The position numbers were made by a program, and so were the translations under genes. This document shows, in pieces, positions 38,392 to 51,300 of a stretch of DNA of 64,000 bases. The DNA comes from Oikopleura dioica (taxonomy: Eukaryota > Animalia > Chordata). The stretch is from assembly GCA_907165135.1 (NCBI GenBank), contig OU015569.1, forward strand, positions 10,788,001 to 10,852,000. The letters run 5' to 3'. Numbering within the stretch: position 1 is the stretch's first letter; each line of letters begins with the position of its first letter. The notes under the pieces were generated by a model that made no database searches, was not told the origin of the DNA, and saw nothing but the letters and a program-made list of their open reading frames with translations.

Positions 38392-39897
38392 GGGGGCCGA
38401 GGCAGCTCGCGCCGCTTGCACTGGAAAGGGCTGGATCAATACTGGACCGAGATGGGACATTCCAATCTGGCCGAATTGGGAAGGAGCCATTTGGATGTAG
38501 CCCATTCCGGGAGCAGCCATCATCATCTGACTTGGCATCATCTGAAGTTCAGGTTCAATTTTCCTGCGTGTTTAAACGCGAAGGAACTGTATTCTGCGAT
38601 ATTCACGTCAATACAGGATTCCTTCAGATTTGAATTTACAAAAGAAAAAGACTCGAAAGCGCTCGGGGAATTCAAACAATGAATTTTGAGAATTTTCAAC
38701 ATACCTGTTGCATAGCGATTCCTTGCTGAAGCATCGCTTGCTGGGCCATCATTTGTTGACCATTCGTGACCTGAAGTCTGGATAAGAAAGGAGGGTCATC
38801 TCTCCCTTTTCTCTCTTCAAGAGGAATTTCATGATCTCGAAAAGTCTCACGAGCTTCTTTTTTTAATAGCACTTTCGTTTTTAGTAAATAGCTGATGAAT
38901 AGTTTCCTTCGCTGTTTAGAAAACAAGGAAAATATCACACCCTGTGCCCAATTCATAAATGCGAGCAAAAATTGAAATAATCCTTGTTTGTTTCTTGCTC
39001 AACGCTCTTTCTCACCGAGAAACGAAATCATTTCAATTTTGAAACTCAAGTAGGAATTGAGAAAAAAAAGAGGAAGGATGTTATTGTCTAGTGCTAGCGT
39101 TATGAACGATGTCGTTCGCCGTTTGCTTGGAGATTAAACTGTTTATGTTAGAAACGATGTAGCGAATATAAATACTCTAGTACCGGTTTACCACGTAATC
39201 TTCTTGCAAGAAGGCCTTACTTGTCTCGTTTTGTTAAGACATCATGTTAGACTATTCTTACGAAAATGTTCTTCTTGAAAGAGCCAAGGTTTCGAGTGAT
39301 TTTTCGATCAAAATCTTTAGTAAATTGGCTCCAGGGTTGATATTAAGCCCTTTTTTTATCGCCATTGACGCCCTTAAGACGCGATCAAATCTTAAGAACC
39401 TAGACCGTAATTACGAAAACCCTCGTCATCTTCTCTCTTCCATTTCACTAGATGAAAAAAAATACTCTTGAAAAAACGAATTTTTTAGCTCGTGAGTTTT
39501 CTTCGTTAAATCTCTTGAGTGAATTTTCTCTTACGTTGATCATGTTATCTCCTAGCGGCTGAAGATTCTGCTGTTGAAGTGTGTACATTTGCTGGTAAGG
39601 AATATAGGAATTCGCCTGTTGGCCCTGTTGCTGTTGTTGTGCTGCTGCTTGGTGTGCTGCTGCCGTTTGAAGTTGTTGTTGCGGAGTAGTGGTTGCGAAA
39701 AAGTGCTGGCCGGGGTTGTTCGCCGCGGTGGTGGCGCCCGTCGCTGCTCCAAGGGCCACCGTAGCACCCCCTTGCGCGATGCCTCGCTCTTTACTCGTCT
39801 CTAGAAGCGTCACAGGCACGACGTTCGAGCTCTTCTGCCCAGTCACAATGTCCACATAGTTCGAAAGGCCGAAACCCGACGATTTTCCGGTCGCCTA
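38392..39897 (-). CDS. Gln/Ala/Met-rich low-complexity exons of a gene whose 5' end is unresolved
   Basis: Exons bounded by AG/GT: ATGKSSGFGLSNYVDIVTGQ...QQQLQTAAAHQAAAQQQQQ; LQVTNGQQMMAQQAMLQQ; MMPSQMMMAAPGMGYIQ...SAP|gtaagt. Confidence 0.55.
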
Positions 39898-42800
39898 AAA
39901 AAACAATTCAGTCAAAATAAAAATCGATTATTCACAAAATCAAGACTCGAAAGACTCGAAAGAAAATTCCCTTTTCGACAGCATGATCACTCTTGATTTT
40001 TCAACCAAGATAAAAAATATATCATTTTCACCTTCAAAATCAAAATTCAAAAGTTCAAAAAAAGAATAACTCCATTTCCCTCTGAATCATTTTAATCAGA
40101 CTCTATCATCCTCTATTCTCGTCATTGATTTCAAAAACGATCATTTGATTTTGCCAAAATGCTTTTAAAATTGACTTGCCTCTGGTTGATTCTCTGTTGT
40201 TTCAATTGTCTCTGTTTTGAAAGAAAATGAAATTGAAATATCGAAAAAGAAAATGGACCGAGTGCGCAAATATATAGAATTCGTTTCGAATTCGTTCGCT
40301 TTTCGAATGTAGAAAATATGAAAGAACAAAAAGGCTGCGCGTGTGCCCGAACAATGTGCTGGCGGCACAGTTTCACTTTTTTTTAATTTAGACGCACTTT
40401 CAAGAGTTGGGCAAAGAGCAGACGACCCTATTCCTCCATTATTCGTGGGAAATAACGATACAATATTCATTAATCTGGGATGAGCGCGCATACATGATGG
40501 AAATAACTTGACCTCCGTCTTCTTATCACTTTTGCCACTCGCGCTTATCGCCGGATTTTAGTGCACGTTCTAACAAATTGATTATGATTTTAAAATCTCA
40601 AACTCATAACGGTTTAATACGAAAGAGTTTCTCTCTTTCGAATATTTGGATATTGAAAATGAAGCCATTGGCGAAATCCAAATAGTATCGTGATAAATTG
40701 AAAAATTTCTCGCTATAAAACCACTTGAAAGGGCGATATTTTCTATCGATACCGAAAGAAAACACAGGCTTTTTCAGAAAAAATATTTTTAGAAATTTAC
40801 AGAAATGTCTTTTGTTATTTAAGTAATTATTGTATAAAAATACCGTTCTGGGTAATATCGTCAAGCACCGGGGGAGCGTACGGCCTCGCGGAACCCCTTA
40901 TCACTTCCTACTTAAACGATAAGAACATATAAGTTGCCTGAGTTCTTTTTACATTCATTGTTGTCTGTAATACCTTGCGATTGTACGAGCGAGCTGGAAG
41001 AGTTGGAATGAAGGAAATTCTCTTCTCTTGATTACGGATCTTACGGATTCGATGGAGCTGATACTAATTTGATAGAGAATGTATGTTTTAGTGTGTCGGC
41101 AGTGTTCTGCGCTGCTCAAGAAATCACCCTGCGGCAGTTTGGTGGTGCTGCTGCACAACTGCCGAGTTCCAAGCACGTGTGTAGGTGCTACGATCTGGGA
41201 AAAAAGGAAGTACCCCCGAGGGAAGTACTCTATCCTTCCTGTACCTTTTCTCACTTTTCAGACACTGGGTATCGCGATTTTTTCTGTCTTTTTTCACCAA
41301 ACCTATTTTTTTCTTCATTATAATTGCTGTAAAATAAGGGTTTAAGTATGCTTAGTTGGAGAGAAAAAAGACTGGAAAAAAACTAGTCAATTGAGGTCTA
41401 CCCCCTTAAATTTTTTCCAAGCCTGAAATCAAGGAAGACATTTTTCTTCTCAAAAAATTGAACTAGAAATAGTAGATCGAATTTGAGACCTACGTATACC
41501 TTTTTCTTTTTTCTGGTTTGCCGAGACCAGTACTTTCTTTTTCCCTCAAGTGGTAATCTCTAATTACAGCCGTCTCAAAAAAGCTAATTAAGTTTTTGGA
41601 AGTGAGGGTCAACAGGCACAAGCCGCCCTGTGAGTTTGGTGATGAGTCGATCAATCTTCATTTTATATGTAAATTATTAAATAAAATAATTAATTTAGCT
41701 TTGATTAAATCGCCCCGGCGTGTTTAGGGCTCGATCATCTCTGTGAATAATTCAACAGAAATGTCTAAGGTCCCAGGGATTTGGTTCGACTTTTGAATCA
41801 ATCAAAAGAGCCCTACAGCTTTATTTCCCCCTCATCCCTCTTTTTTTTTCCTGTACCACTTTTCAATAAAGCCCTTCGAATTAAAAACCACTCACTTGCT
41901 TGAAAGTCGCTTTCTTTCAGAATTCATTCCTCTAATTTTCAATTTTCAATTAATTTTTTTTTTTCTAATAATTGTTTCTTGTTTTCGAAAAAAAAGCGCT
42001 TAGACTTTTCGATTATTTTGTTCGCAATTGAATTGTCCGAGTTTAGCAGAGTAAATTGAAAATAAAAGTGGCTACGCAGTGCGCCATTCGTGACACGAGG
42101 CTAAATAATTTATGATCATTATGATATAGTCTGCAATTCCTGGCGCCTCATTTAAGAGGGCCCTCTGTGGAAATTCGCCGATTAAGAATTTATTAATCAA
42201 CCGCACAGACCTATTTCGGATGCATGCAACAGGGACCCTACTGCCATTTTTTCTAAAAACACTCGAGTCACTCACTTTGTGGTGCCATTTACAGTGATAA
42301 TTTTTTAACTCATTTCGACCTCATTTTAAAACAAAGCAGAAGTTCTTTGTTCAGTCGTAAGAAAATAGATTAAAACTACTTTGAAAGGTTTGCCAGCCCC
42401 TTAAACTGTCCTCAGATCCTATCAGTTGATAGGACTGTAAAGTAGGAAGCTACAGTATGAGTAAAAAGAAAAGCTTGAAGCACTCACCTTGAGCTATTTT
42501 AATTACTCGGGAGAGCAGTTATAGTTGGCGGCGCGTTCACCATCAAAACTCTGAGTTAAGGGGAGTAGGGACGATTAGTTATCTTAATGATCTCTTTGTG
42601 ATGAAAGACAAACTTCACCTTCGCTGACAATTTAACAAGGATCTGTCTCAAGTTGATTGAGCGGATCGACTAGCACATCAACGGCTGTCCCTAACCCGTC
42701 CCTTCCCTTTTCACGCGCTCATTGGGCAGGTCCTTAACCCAAATTTTTGTATTTCAATGAATGAATTAGCAACTTTTTCCAGTGGCAGAAAAAAGGGACG

Positions 42801-43766
42801 ACAACTAAAGCTAACAAAAAAGCTGATATTTTGGTTCCATGATAAAAAAATATAGAGACCTTTGGAACCTTAAGCGATCTCTTATTTTTCGAGTGATACC
42901 CTTAAATATTTCAGAAATTCTTTCTGAAGAAAATGGCTTGTTTGCTGCGCGAACATTTCAAAAACGAAAAGCATATTTGATAGAAATTTTGATACTTTTT
43001 TTAGCTCAACTTGCCTTGTACTTTTAGTAGAAAAAATGAGTCAAGATTAGCTTCTTTTGCGGCGTGTGTGCCTGTTTTTCTCGATCGTAATCAAATGACA
43101 CTGTCCGCGACTTGATGAGATTGCCCCTTTCGACAGGTAGAATTAATCAGGTACTAATTAACACACCACGCACAATTTACTCTTACTGCATTCTTCTGTC
43201 CATTCTTTCCCCTTTCCTCAATATTGCTTTCCCAATAAAAATAAAACAATTTTCAACACTGATTAAAATTTTTTTAATCTGATGAATTTTAAACTTTGTT
43301 GTTTCAAAAACCATTAAAGTCGCATTAATAAAAATAAAAATCCACTTGTCTCGTAAAATAATCAATTAGCGACTTTTAGATTTGGAAAGAATCAATGGCT
43401 GAAAGAAACATGGTGGAATATCGAAGAGGGAATCCTTCACCAAAGCGAGGGACAATAATCAACATTTGCTGATTGCCTATAAATCACTGTCTACTAGAAG
43501 GCCGCTTCCACTAAAAGATAAATGATTGATTCACGCACAGTACAGATTCTTTCAGCTTTTCAAAAACGAAGCTGGACAATTTTCAATTGATTATATGAAA
43601 CTGGACAATTTGGGTAGATCTGACAATGCGCGAATGTGACCTTTTTATTTTAACTGCGCCCGCTACTAGTTTATTACTAGACAATTTTATTATTAGTCAA
43701 TTTTGACTTCAATTTAATTCGGATCAAAGATGATAACCCTTTCAATCAAGGGCCAGATAAACTTTT

Positions 43767-43796
43767 CTAGGGTTAGGGTTAGGGCTAGGGTTAGGG
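43767..43796 (+). repeat. Interstitial telomere-like tract, 5 x (T/C)TAGGG
   Basis: CTAGGG TTAGGG TTAGGG CTAGGG TTAGGG. Confidence 0.85.
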
Positions 43797-44484
43797 CAGC
43801 CATTTTTCATAACGTATATCATATACGGTATATGAGAGAATTTGCGACGCTATTTTCTGTTTTTTTATAAATTTCTTTTGGCTGTTATTTTTCGTCATTT
43901 CTTTTGGTTTTCGAATCAAAAGAAACATCAAGCTCAAAATATTTGATTTTCAGGGGTTGATGTTATATCTACCATTCTTTCTGTAAGTTTTCTAAAAGAA
44001 GTAAGGAAGAAGTAAATGAGTCGGTTATTTAATTTTTCTGGCTCAAAAATGCGGCCTGGCCGATTTGATTCGGAACACAATCAAAAAATGACTAATAAAA
44101 TAAAATAAAAAGCGTAAAAATGATTTAATTACCGATGTTTCTTCCATCATGATTCGACAAAACTGCTCGTGATAGTAATTGAAAGTGAATTCTGCAGAAA
44201 GGGGAGTTTTCCTATTTTCTCTGTTTCGTCTTTTTTTTCCGTTTTTTAAAGACAGCCAGGAGGAATGTTCATTTGATCATAAAATTTACGGCGCAAAAGG
44301 CAAATAGCTCTGGAAGTTGCGAAAATCGCCGAAACATCGCAAGTGCAGCTCATTTACGACACGACAGCGCAAAAAGTAATTCCGCCCAGAGTTATTACGC
44401 CTCTTGCCTCTTTTCCCGTTTATTGGATAATTGAGATTACTGACTTTTACTTTACTCTTCGTAAATCATCAGAATCGTCGCGGG

Positions 44485-44717
44485 GAGTTGAAGAAATTGT
44501 GCTCAGAAGACTTTCGACTCAAAAAAAAATCACCCCTTTTTGACTCGAAGATCTTTTTTTGCAAAATATTTATTGAAGGCACTGTTGAAATGCAGTATAT
44601 TATATACTGTATTATATACAGTGCCATCAATAAATATTTTGCAAAAAAAGATCTTCGAGTCAAAAAGGGGTGATTTTTTTTCAGTTGAAAGTCTTCTGAG
44701 CACAATTTCTTCAACTC
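44485..44717. repeat. Foldback palindrome (233 bp, ~100-bp arms)
   Basis: GAGTTGAAGAAATTGTGCTCAGAAGACTTTC...CACTGT arm and its near-perfect reverse complement around a TATA-rich spacer. Confidence 0.9.
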
Positions 44718-45173
44718 TGTATATACAGTATATACACTGTATTGTTTATAACACTAACCCTAACCTTGATTCTTTCCTAAAAAGAGTTGCGAATTATATG
44801 ATTTTTGGTTGAGCTTTTTCTTAGAAAATTGGTCTTTCTTCATATATCTTACTGTAACTGTGATAGTCTTTCCCAGGCATGTAAAAAGACAAAGAAGTTT
44901 ATCGCTACGAGTAAATTTGTAAAAATATAAATCAAAATTTTACCTGCTGAATCATTTGTTTTCCTCCCTTCTCTCTGCTGGGAAATGGACGGGAAAAGGC
45001 CTTTGGCAGCTCCAGTTGCCGATTCTAGTGCCGACCTTTTGCGCAATTTTCTCCGCTCCGGGTTAATTTTAAGCGCGGAAAAGGTGAAAAATTAAGAATT
45101 TGAAAATTCAGGAAATATTTATTTTTACTCCCTTTTTTGAAATGCTTCTGGCGGATCGTTCGAATGCGATGGT

Positions 45174-45431
45174 TTGACATGGCAATTAGCTTTTCCAATC
45201 ATGCAGATTAATTACACACGCCAACATTTTTATATGGAGAGTGATATATTACACTTGTCAAGCGCGTGCCCAAAATGCCAGATGGAAACTGCACCGCTCA
45301 AAAATAATCGACCTTTTGTTCATTTCACTTCAACACGCCACAAACCTGTCGGCTACTTCGCACTGTACATCGGCAACTCCTGTACTGTCTCGGAACAGAT
45401 AGTCTCCGACCAGGCTCGGCAGCCTGTGTAG
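45174..45431 (+). mobile_element. Possible decayed LTR-retrotransposon integrase fragment
   Basis: RQHFYMESDILHLSSACPKCQMETAPLKNNRP resembles the Gypsy integrase zinc-binding region (FYW..M..DI..YV..C..CQ..K). Confidence 0.35.
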
Positions 45432-45640
45432 AAAACCTGAGTCAGGGTCTGAAATAGCTGAAATGAAAAGCCGCGCAGCGGCTTTTTAAAAACGAAGCCG
45501 CAAAGCGGCTTCGCCAGAGTTTTTCTAGATTGAAATTGTTATATTAGTGAAGCCGCTTTGCGGCTTCGTTTTAAAAAACCGCTGCGCGGCTTTTCATTTC
45601 AGCTATTTCAGACCCTGACACAGGTTTTCTACACAGGCTG
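45420..45640. mobile_element. Foldback MITE with ~92-bp arms and two mismatches
   Basis: CAGCCTGTGTAGAAAACCTG(A/T)GTCAGGGTCTGAAATAGC... and its reverse complement; internal GAAGCCGC-AAA-GCGGCTTC mini-hairpins. Confidence 0.9.
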
Positions 45641-46352
45641 TCGAGCTCAGGTCTCCGCTAAAGGGAAACAACAGTTTTGCAGGAGCAAAAGTATTTCCGG
45701 AGGCCGACTTGTTCAATTTGCTGTTTTTGAGCTATTTTTTTGAAGTAGCTTCCTACGACACATGTTTTCCGGAAATCATAATAAGCATAAAGTGCGTAAT
45801 TTTATTTTCTTTCGCCGGGCAGATAATAATCGTCAGGGGCAGACACACAAAATGCAGTTTTATCGCTTCGGAAACAATGAACGGTTTTAGTGTAGGTAAC
45901 TTCTGTCTTCCGAAAATTGTAGTAAAAATCATTGATTTGCCAGACGCAGGTAGTCTTCGTCGCCAAGAATTTCGTCTTCCGAGGAACTGTTGTGTCCATT
46001 TTCAGTTCTTAAAATACTCTAAGAAAAAAAAATGAAGAAAATTAAAAAAAATTCGAAAAAAATTAAAAAAAATTTGAAGAAAATTAAAAAAAAAATATTT
46101 AAAAAAGTATTATTCGAAAAAAATTTAGTGGAAACAGCCTAATTCTCGGTGAACAAAGCAAACCTGTTGCTCTGATCCATAAGATTTTGAGATGATCCAC
46201 TTCCAAGATCATAAATTCGTTGCTCTCTGAAACTTCTGAAAAGAATTTCGCTCAGACTCGCCGCCAGTTGATGATGATTTCCCGGTATCTCCCAGTTATT
46301 GCTCTCTGCTTTTCTAAAAAAATAACTTTGTCTTTCAAATAGAAAAAAGTGC

Positions 46353-47758
46353 TTACTTGAGTTGGCGGAGAATTTCTTGAAACTCGGGCGTATTCTTTGT
46401 TGATCTCGTTAGCCCTTGTGGATCCGTCAAATTGCACGACTTGAATGGGTCTGAAAAAAAAAGTAAAAAAAGCTTCTTTTTCCGGAGTTTTTTACCGGAA
46501 ACTTGGCGGGATAAAAGCAGTTTGTGTCCTTCTTTCTGTCCTTGTGAAGAAAGAGATGAGCTTGCTTGTTGCATTGTTGATGATTCTGCGATTGAAACAG
46601 CCGTACCGCCATTTGGAGCTAGATCGAGATTCGGAGACTGAAACTGCTCGGAAGAGTGATTCGACGAACAGGGTGACGGAGCTGTTTTGAAAAGAGGTTT
46701 CTTGAAAGTCGCCAAGGAAAAATAACGTTGCTTACCTGGTGCATCGGAAGAGTGGGTAGACATAGGAGAGTTTTGGAAAGAATACACCGAGGGCAAACGA
46801 CTGCTTGAACAGGAAGATGGAACTGTACTTGGATTGGGGAGCTGGGAGGGATAATCGAAGAGAGAGTTGCTGCTCGTTTGATTCGGATTGAAAAGCGCGG
46901 AGAAATCGACCTGTGCCGGCATCTGCCCGTTGTCGATAGGCTAGTAGAACGGAGATAAGCTAAGATCATCAGCGCGCTTTTGTTTACCTTCAGGATTTGC
47001 TCATAGACCTCCTTGTATGCACCGGCAATCTCGGCCTTTGTTGGGCCAACCGGTCGTTTCGCCTCGGGCGCGTCCTCCAGAGCAGCCTGAGGCGCGGGCC
47101 GTTTTCGCTGGCGGCCGAACTCTGACTGAGCCGGATTCGGATCGATCGTCCAGTACCCACCCTTAGAATCATCATCATTAATGGGTACTATGGGTTATCC
47201 AAAGACGGGCCTTTCTTTTTGTGCCCAACTTTTGGACTCGATCGAGCGTAATTCTTGAAATATAATTTACCTTTCCAGGATGTCCTTTTGGCCGTTGAAC
47301 CTTTTGAAAACAAGCTGATAGACTCAAGTTGTGTCGGATCGAGTTTTTCCAGCCGTGAGTGGCGCTTCTGTAGTAGGGAAAGTTCTCTAGCACGTATTCG
47401 TAAATTTGATTGAGCGTCATTTGCCGCGTCGAAGTGGATTCTATCGCCATTCGGATGAGATCAGCATACGAATGCGAAGGTTTTTTATTTCCATTTGCAT
47501 CCACTTCAAAAAGTTGTTTGAAAATTGAAAATTGAAAATTTAATACCTTTGTCTTCTTTTTCATGTTTCCTGCTCATCACACTTGCATTGATGTCTAGTA
47601 GCCAGCGCAGCGTGGTGAGACTCTTGCCCAAATTGGTCGACGAGCTGCTCTCGCCCTAGAAAGCAAAAGTTAGGGGACATTTCACGCCGACTCGTCACCT
47701 TGACAGACATCTCTCACAATTTACCCTTTTGCACTTTTGGAAGTCTCTGTGAATTCAT
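46353..47758 (-). CDS. FOXJ2/3: Forkhead transcription factor, FoxJ family (J2/3-like); start approximate, and it may continue through an exon at ~46165-46292
   Basis: N-terminal FoxJ motif SLTTLRWL; KPSHSYADLIRMAI...NFPYYRSATHGWKNSIRHNLSL...HPGK|GGYWTIDP; AYKEVYEQIL resembles the FoxJ2/3 LYKSxFE motif. Confidence 0.88.
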
Positions 47759-48206
47759 ATGTTCGGTTGCCAGGTTACCAAAATAAATAAAGACACCAGA
47801 ATCGCGCTCAGCGGCGTTGAGCAAAGGTCACCGCATGGTAATGCTCCCCTGCTACTGTTTAGCATTCTGATCATTTATCGAAAATAAAAAGTGAAATCAA
47901 CAAGGATCCTGCATGAAAATAACAAAAGACAATTTTTGATTTTTGATTGTTTGCTATTGATTTATAAATTAACGCAGTTTGAAAGTAAATACAAAGTTTT
48001 AGGAAAGTAGATTTTTCTATTTTTAAGATTTCATAATGAATTTCTGAAGATGGCAGCAATTTCTCTAGGTACTCAGTTGCTCGACGAAGAGGAGGAGGAG
48101 GAGGAAGATGGCGAGTCATAATCGGTATAATCACTGAATTTATATATTTAGTCCCAATTTATTAAAGTAAATCAACGGTAGTAGGGGGAAATGATTCCGG
48201 CTGCCC

Positions 48207-48265
48207 CTAACCCTAACCCCCCCCCCACCTAAGGCCTTAGCCAGGGGGCTTCGCCCCCGGACCAC
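48207..48265. repeat. Dispersed repeat core: CCCTAA tract + CCTAAGGCCT + GGGGGCTTCGCCCCC hairpin
   Basis: The same core recurs at ~54750-54790. Confidence 0.65.
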
Positions 48266-48332
48266 TCCTAAGAGTTCCCAGTCCCTAATCCTAATCACTA
48301 GCCTAGATTCCAGAGATATTAGATGGCTCGAA

Positions 48333-51300
48333 TCAGAGGCTCGAATGATAGCCCCTCTCTACGAAATCAACTGACCTATCGATGTCCCCTGCAGTGCAGC
48401 AGGAGTTCTCCAACTCTCCTATCCTGTCTAGTCCTTCTTTGAGGAATTTGGATTGATTGTTGAACCCTTCGATGATTCTCTTCTGCTTGTTACTTAGGTT
48501 GCTCACGGTGATTCCCAGCCGTCGCAATTTACTAGCTACTCCTGGGCTAGAATTGAAGTCATCATCGTTATCTCCATTTGCGTTGCTGATGCCTCCTCTT
48601 TCGTTCTTGGCATTTTCAACTGCCCTTTTCAGATCGCTCATCGCCCTAGAAAACGGTATTACTTTTTGTGGAATTCGTACTGCAATTTACAGGCGATTGG
48701 TCGACTGGAATCGGTGAAACTTGTCTTGTATTCCCTTCACACGAGTCGAGAGCCTTTCCAGATCGTTTCCGACGAGCATTTCGCTTTGGAGCCTTGTCAG
48801 GGTCGATGCTAGCTCTTGAACAGTGTCACTAAGGTCGCTGTCACTGACTGCGTCTCTCAAATCCTCCAGGTCATCTGCAGAAGCAGTTTCAGAGCTGACT
48901 TTAACAAAAATTTCATTGATTCGTCGCGAATGCCTCTCCACTATCTAAAACCATGTTTAATTTCAGAATAATAGAATTTCTAAAATACATTTTGGAGCTG
49001 CTGCAACTCGGCGGACGGGACCATCGATCGATGATTCGAGAATCTGGGAGAAATGGTGTCTTCTAATCTGTAGAGCTTTTCAGTTGTGTTTGTCTCGAGC
49101 TCCTCAATTTTATCGTAGAGGTCTTCTGTCGTCGAGTTCAAGCTTGAAATTGCACTGTCGAGACTGTCGATTTTGTCGAGAACTGCGTTGTAGCTAGTAG
49201 ATTGTCGGGACTCCTTCATTTAGTTAGAATCGAAGCGATGATAGAAAATGTGCTACCTGTACTGTAGAAAGCATCTGTTGAATCTGCGAGTTACGTACAT
49301 TCAGATCCCTCAATGAGTCGACGATTTCCAAATATTTTGCTGCGAAATCATCGTAAACTACTCGCGCATCCGCCTTGAGTTCCACCTCTTTCGCGAAAAT
49401 CGTTGTGTTCATCTGTTTTAGCCTCTCATCAAAAACACCAAATTCAAGGGCTCACAATATATAAATAATAAAACGCGGAAAAAATGAGATCTATGATCCC
49501 TACTCTTAAATCAGGAGCACTATCATCACTATCGCTGGTTTCGACGAGAAGGACTCGCTCGAGAATCGTATTTTGTTCGTTTTTGATGTCTGAAAAAATC
49601 ATCCCGAGGTTGAAAATTGGATGAAAACAGACCTTGAATAGAGCTTCCTTGCGCACTAAGCGTAACTTGCACTTGATTCAAGTTGCTCTTTAAAATCGTA
49701 ATCTCGTCCGAGTCAGAGGCGAAATTAGTATTGGTCGCCAAGTGATGCATACTCTGCTGGATCCGAGCAACTTCTTCTTCATTCAGCGAGAATCCATCGG
49801 CGATTCGACTCGTTAGCGCGCGTAACTTGTCGCTCAATTCACCCTGTTCAACTTGGACTTCTTGGATCGTCGAGGAAAGCGAGTCTTTTTGCTGCTCTAA
49901 TCTGTTTTTATTAATTTTGGCAATTGGGTTTTCAATCTACCTGCTCTTCATTTGTTGAATATCTCTCGAAACGGAGTCCACAGTTTTGTCGTGAGCGTAC
50001 AAATGCGTAAACATGGTCAAATTCATGTCACTCAAGCGGTTTTGGAAAACGCCTACTTGAGACTTCAACGTCGATGCTAGAAAAGTCTCAAATTGCAGAA
50101 AAGGAGACGAAAAAAAACCTTGAATGATCGCATCGCGACTGAGCTTTTCTAGCTCACTAAACTCGTCGGCATAGTTGTCGGCATAGTTGAGCTTGGAATT
50201 CAACGAAACAAGCTTGGAGTAGTTCTCTCGGTATTGATTGCGCAAATTCGTGTTTTCGTGGTCAAGCGAGGTGATTTGATTTTGGAACTTGAGTGAGTTG
50301 CTTTCCGTCGTGGATCGGATCTTTTGCGAGTTGAAGATTAATGACTCCTTTATGGTTCTTATATTATATTATATTACAAAAAATCCCAATTTGCGATTTT
50401 TTAAGATCGATTAACTCCTTCCTGGCTCATGTCAAACTGCAGCATTGAGAGCATTTTCTCCCGTTGCAAATCCCGATCTTTCATGTCGTCGATATTCTTC
50501 TGCTGCGCGACGATCTGCAACGAGTTCTGGTTAATTTTATTGTTTAGGAGGGTGCGATTTCGGAAAACGTTTTGAACCGTCTCGTTCAGGTCGTCCTCGA
50601 GTTTCTGAATGACGCCTTCTAGATAGGAATGGGAGTGGGTGGACTCGGCGTTGTTGAATCTTTCATTGAGATTACATTGGAGTTTGTATTTTTATTTTTT
50701 CAAATAGTTTTTTGTTTCCTAAATCTTTTCCTGAAGTTTATTCTTTCATAAATGTCTCTGATTTTGTCATCAATGTCGCTGAATTTTTCATCGTAAAGAT
50801 AGTCCGCCGCAACTGGCTCAGCTTCTGAAGGGTCTTTTCTCAAGCAGCAGTCGTCCATTTGAGCCATGGAGAATTTCACCTCGTTGATTTCTCGAGTCAG
50901 CGTGTCGTTCAGCCTTGATAGTTCCTTGCTCACGTAGAATTTTTGTGCATATCCTTCGCTCATGTACTGCCCAGGGTTGAATTTAATCTTTATCAATAAC
51001 GACGATCGTTTTTGCTTTCGAACCCTTCCTTGGACTGCTCAATAAGTTTCTCGTAATTGACTTTTATTGAGTTTTGAGTGCCTTCTAACTGGCTTAGTCG
51101 ATCACGCATTGCTTGATACTTTCCATTGTTGACCTCATTATTTTGAGTAGAGCTCGTTTGAGGGATTGATGAAATATTCTCCTCGACTTGTTCGATTTTG
51201 ATCTCCATTTTTCGAAGATTCTCCGTTATTTCTGGCTTCAGAACTTTCTCTCGGTAGTTTTCGATCATTTCGACGCGGTTTTCCAACTCGGCAAGAACGC

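Noticed and set aside
40860-41345. Overlapping 64-99 aa ORFs on both strands
   Set aside because: No recognisable motif or splice pattern
41395-41409. Kolobok-like right end TCTACCCCCTTAA
   Set aside because: No matching left end was found upstream, so no element could be delimited
46020-46130. A-rich periodic tract (AAAAAAATT repeats)
   Set aside because: Low-complexity intronic or intergenic sequence with no defined unit or boundaries
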